From an uncultured Candidatus Cloacimonadota bacterium (GTDB taxonomy: Bacteria > Cloacimonadota > Cloacimonadia > Cloacimonadales > TCS61): a stretch of DNA of 64,000 bases. How positions within the stretch are numbered: the stretch's first letter is position 1; every line of letters begins with the position of its first letter. Made by a program: the position numbers and the translations under genes. The stretch is from NCBI GenBank assembly GCA_964433675.1, contig CAYSSJ010000004.1, positions 66,454-130,453 of the forward strand, given 5' to 3'. Shown here one piece after another: positions 61,254-64,000 of the stretch. The notes beneath the pieces were generated by a model. That model was not told the origin of the DNA, did not search any database, and saw only the letters and a program-made list of their open reading frames with translations.

Positions 61254-61974
61254 TAAAATGCCTATAATATAATGAGATAGAGTGAGAGCGCAGACTGCTT
61301 TGGAATATCCATAAATTCGACTAAAGCAACTCAGGAGCATCGTCACCTCCTTGTTTTTCCGCTCCTAAAAACTCTCTTTCTCATTCCCTTAGTTTCGATA
61401 TTGAACTTTTTTCTCATTTATATTATCGAAGCAAGTCTCTATATCTAACTAATATGTGTCAAGAAAAAAACTTTTTTCACCGGAATTTCTTCCTGCTACT
61501 CTTTCGCTATTTCCACTTCGATACGCTCCGGCTTCGCCGAAGCTACTCAGTGTGACAAGCTTATGACCGTTGATCTCTAAACTATCACTCTAAACTGCAT
61601 ATTACTTCTCTTCCAATAAAATTCCATGAGCGATGCGAATAAATTTCTCAATTCATTTCTTGATATTTTTTCGAAAACAAGATGACATCTTGTCCTACGT
61701 TCCATGCTCTTTGCAATAAATTCCGTGAGCGCAGCGAACAAATTCCTACATATTCCTATCAATACCTTCTTCCTAAACTTTCAACCAATTAACCAGTCAA
61801 CTAATCAACTTCATCCTGCTATTCTTGCACCAACTCACACTTCGATACGCTCCGGCTTGCGCCGAAACTACTCAGTGTGACAAGCTTATGACAGTTGATC
61901 TCTAAACTATCACTCTAAACTGCTTCTTACATTGTTCATTATACATTATTCATTCTCAACAGAATCTCTTCCTG

Positions 61975-62070
61975 CTTTTTCTTCCACCTTCCACCTTCTA
62001 TCATCTTATTTCAACATCACCACCCTATGTGTCAGCGTCTCCTTGCCATTTTTCAGTTTCGCCAGATATA
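61975..62070 (-). pseudogene. Degenerate remnant of an LVIVD/T9SS gene 3' end (CTD-encoding fragment only)
   Basis: About 90 percent identity to 58150-58260 over about 95 nt, then abrupt loss of similarity 25 nt before the comM stop codon. Confidence 0.6.
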
Positions 62071-62095
62071 CTCTCTAACCTAACGTCACACGCCT

Positions 62096-63634
62096 CTATT
62101 CCCAAAATTTCTTATCCAGACTGCGATATTGAACTGCTTCACTCAGATGAGAGGTGCGGATATTTTCACTGCCGTCCAGATCGGCAACTGTACGGGCAAC
62201 TTTTAGTATCCTATCATAAGCGCGGGCAGAAAGTCCCATCCTATCCATCGCCATTTTCAGAAGATTCTTCCCATCTGAATCCAGCTTGCAGTAACGGCGG
62301 ATCTGTTTGGGATTCATCTGCGAATTTCCATAGATATTTTCATTTTGGAAGCGTTCTAATTGTATCTTTCGGCATCTATTCACGCGTTTACGAATATCTT
62401 TGGATTTTTCACCGGTCGGCAGGCTGGCAAGTTCGTCGTATTTCACTGCCGGCACTTCCACATGTATATCTATCCTGTCCAGAAGCGGACCGGAAATGCG
62501 GGAACGGTAACGTTGGATATTAGTGATAGTACACTGGCAGGAATGCCCTTCGATATTGCTACCGAAATACCCGCAAGGGCAGGGATTCATCGAAGCAACC
62601 ATCATGAATTTTGCCGGAAATTCCAAGCTCTGGGAGGCCCGTGAAATGGTTACGATCTCATCTTCGAGCGGCTGTCTGAGTACTTCCAAGACAGTTTTTT
62701 TGAATTCGGGTAATTCATCGAGAAATAGCACACCATTATGAGACAGAGACACTTCTCCCGGTTTAGGATAGCTACCCCCGCCGATTAGAGCTACATCACT
62801 GATAGTATGATGAGGTGAGCGAAAGGGTCTGGTAGTGATGATCCCCTTTTCTTTGTTGGTAAGACCGGCGACAGAGTGTATTTTGGTAGTCTCCAGCGCT
62901 TCTTCTAAAGAGAGATCCGGCATGATCGTCGGCAATCTGCGCGCCAGCATAGTCTTTCCGGAGCCGGGTGGACCGAGCATAAGAATATTGTGTCCACCGG
63001 AAGCTGCTACTTCCAAAGCTCGTTTTACATGAAATTGTCCCTTCACATCGAACATATCGATCATATCTTCGTTCAAAGAAGCGAATATCTTCTGCTGGTC
63101 AACCTTATGCGGTTTGATCTCCAGTTTATTCTCCAAAAACATGATCGCTTCTTTCAGTGAGGTAACGGGATAAACCGATATTTCATCTATGATAGCGGCT
63201 TCTTTAGCATTTTCGGTGGGGAGGATCAGTCCATCGAGCTTATCCTTCCACACGGATATAGCGATAGGCAACACACCTTTGATCGGCCTCAGCTCACCAT
63301 CCAGCGACAGTTCACCTACAAGTGCATAGCGCTCGATATCGTTGCATTTGATCTGTCTCATCCCATAAAGCAAGGCAATGGCAATGGGCAGATCGAGCGC
63401 TACTCCCTCTTTCTTTATATCTGCCGGCGCCAGATTTACAGTGTAGTTGTAATTAACGAATTTGTAGCCGGAATTCTTTATGGCTGCAGAAACGCGATCG
63501 CGACTCTCTTTTACAGTGTTGGAAGGTAAGCCTACGATTGTAAACTTGAAAAGCCCACCTTTGATATCAGCTTCGATAGTAACTTGCTGAGCGTCTATCC
63601 CCTGAATAGCATAAGAAAGAGTTCTTCCATACAT
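62096..63634 (-). CDS. comM: YifB/ComM-family AAA+ ATPase (Mg-chelatase-like)
   Basis: N-terminal Lon-protease-like domain, Walker A GPPGSGKT, Mg-chelatase ChlI-like C-terminus. Confidence 0.85.
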   Translation of the reverse strand: MYGRTLSYAIQGIDAQQVTIEADIKGGLFKFTIVGLPSNTVKESRDRVSAAIKNSGYKFVNYNYTVNLAPADIKKEGVALDLPIAIALLYGMRQIKCNDIERYALVGELSLDGELRPIKGVLPIAISVWKDKLDGLILPTENAKEAAIIDEISVYPVTSLKEAIMFLENKLEIKPHKVDQQKIFASLNEDMIDMFDVKGQFHVKRALEVAASGGHNILMLGPPGSGKTMLARRLPTIMPDLSLEEALETTKIHSVAGLTNKEKGIITTRPFRSPHHTISDVALIGGGSYPKPGEVSLSHNGVLFLDELPEFKKTVLEVLRQPLEDEIVTISRASQSLEFPAKFMMVASMNPCPCGYFGSNIEGHSCQCTITNIQRYRSRISGPLLDRIDIHVEVPAVKYDELASLPTGEKSKDIRKRVNRCRKIQLERFQNENIYGNSQMNPKQIRRYCKLDSDGKNLLKMAMDRMGLSARAYDRILKVARTVADLDGSENIRTSHLSEAVQYRSLDKKFWE

Positions 63635-63647
63635 AAAATTTCTCCTT

Positions 63648-64000
63648 TCACCTGGCGATAACCACCGTCTCGCGTTCGGTATATACTTTTTCTGATTCTT
63701 GAGAAGTGGCTTCCAGATTTATGATATACACTCCTACCGGCAATCTACGTCCATCTTCCGAATAGCCGTTCCAGACGAAATCGCCAGAATAAGCCTGTAA
63801 TACTTGATTTGCCAGTTTTCGTACTAGCCTGCCTTTGATATCGAATATTCTCACCGTTACTCTACTGATGACCTCCGGTAAGGAAAAACTGATGATGGTA
63901 TATTCACCTCTGCGTGGTGCGAATGGATTTGGATTGGCAGTGATACTTGCTTGCGTGGGCAAATAGACTACATAGATACTGTTTTGCCTGCCCGGTGTCG
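63648..64000 (-). CDS. T9SS C-terminal sorting domain protein, 3' part only (gene continues beyond window end)
   Basis: ANPNPFAP...RIFDIKGRLVRKL...GVYIINL CTD motif; reading frame stays open upstream to position 64000 (tool start is a TTG). Confidence 0.6.
   Translation of the reverse strand, partial: TPGRQNSIYVVYLPTQASITANPNPFAPRRGEYTIISFSLPEVISRVTVRIFDIKGRLVRKLANQVLQAYSGDFVWNGYSEDGRRLPVGVYIINLEATSQESEKVYTERETVVIAR

Noticed and set aside
61577-61762. ORF 61577-61762 (-), 61 aa
   Set aside because: Its internally repeated peptide (RNLFAALTEF / RNLFASLMEF) simply mirrors a 35-bp direct DNA repeat; no RBS.
54820-62090. Diversity-generating retroelement (variable 3' ends in two paralogs plus a third template-like partial copy)
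   Set aside because: No reverse transcriptase gene is present in the window. The mismatches between the remnant and the gene copies are not adenine-specific. The similar region covers the conserved T9SS sorting domain, not a C-type lectin variable region.

Overview
This 64 kb window reads as a bacterial chromosome segment, moderately AT-rich and gene-dense. Sigma70-type TTGACA/TATAAT promoter elements and several proteins with type IX secretion (T9SS) C-terminal sorting domains suggest an FCB-group or candidate-phylum lineage, but this is inference from the sequence alone. Most of the window is conserved housekeeping. It starts with the rpmH-rnpA-yidD-yidC-jag cluster, with no dnaA. It also carries purA, a standalone B12-binding mutase domain next to a FapA/DUF342 gene, and a COG1579 zinc-ribbon gene immediately followed by RNase P RNA. 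The remaining conserved genes are recJ, lnt, an ECF sigma/anti-sigma/Spy-like envelope-stress module, rpmB, recA-recX-nif3, two ABC permeases, cobA, lpxK, ackA, ndk, gpsA and tRNA-Val(GAC). Next come an encapsulin nanocompartment operon (EncFtn cargo plus shell), a DUF58 module, pgsA, dut, ispA, xseB, trxB, an mreBCD-mrdA-rodA operon split by a CofE-like gene, and recG. The most unusual part is the last 10 kb. It holds two tandem paralogous cassettes, each a small secreted protein plus a large LVIVD beta-propeller T9SS protein. Their 3' ends and downstream flanks are near-identical, homopolymeric G tracts of 13 and 9 sit in their conserved upstream regions, and a degenerate third cassette 3' remnant lies next to comM. 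A multi-module interspersed repeat family with a conserved imperfect hairpin also occurs at four places. No CRISPR array, transposase, integrase or recognizable defense or toxin system was seen.
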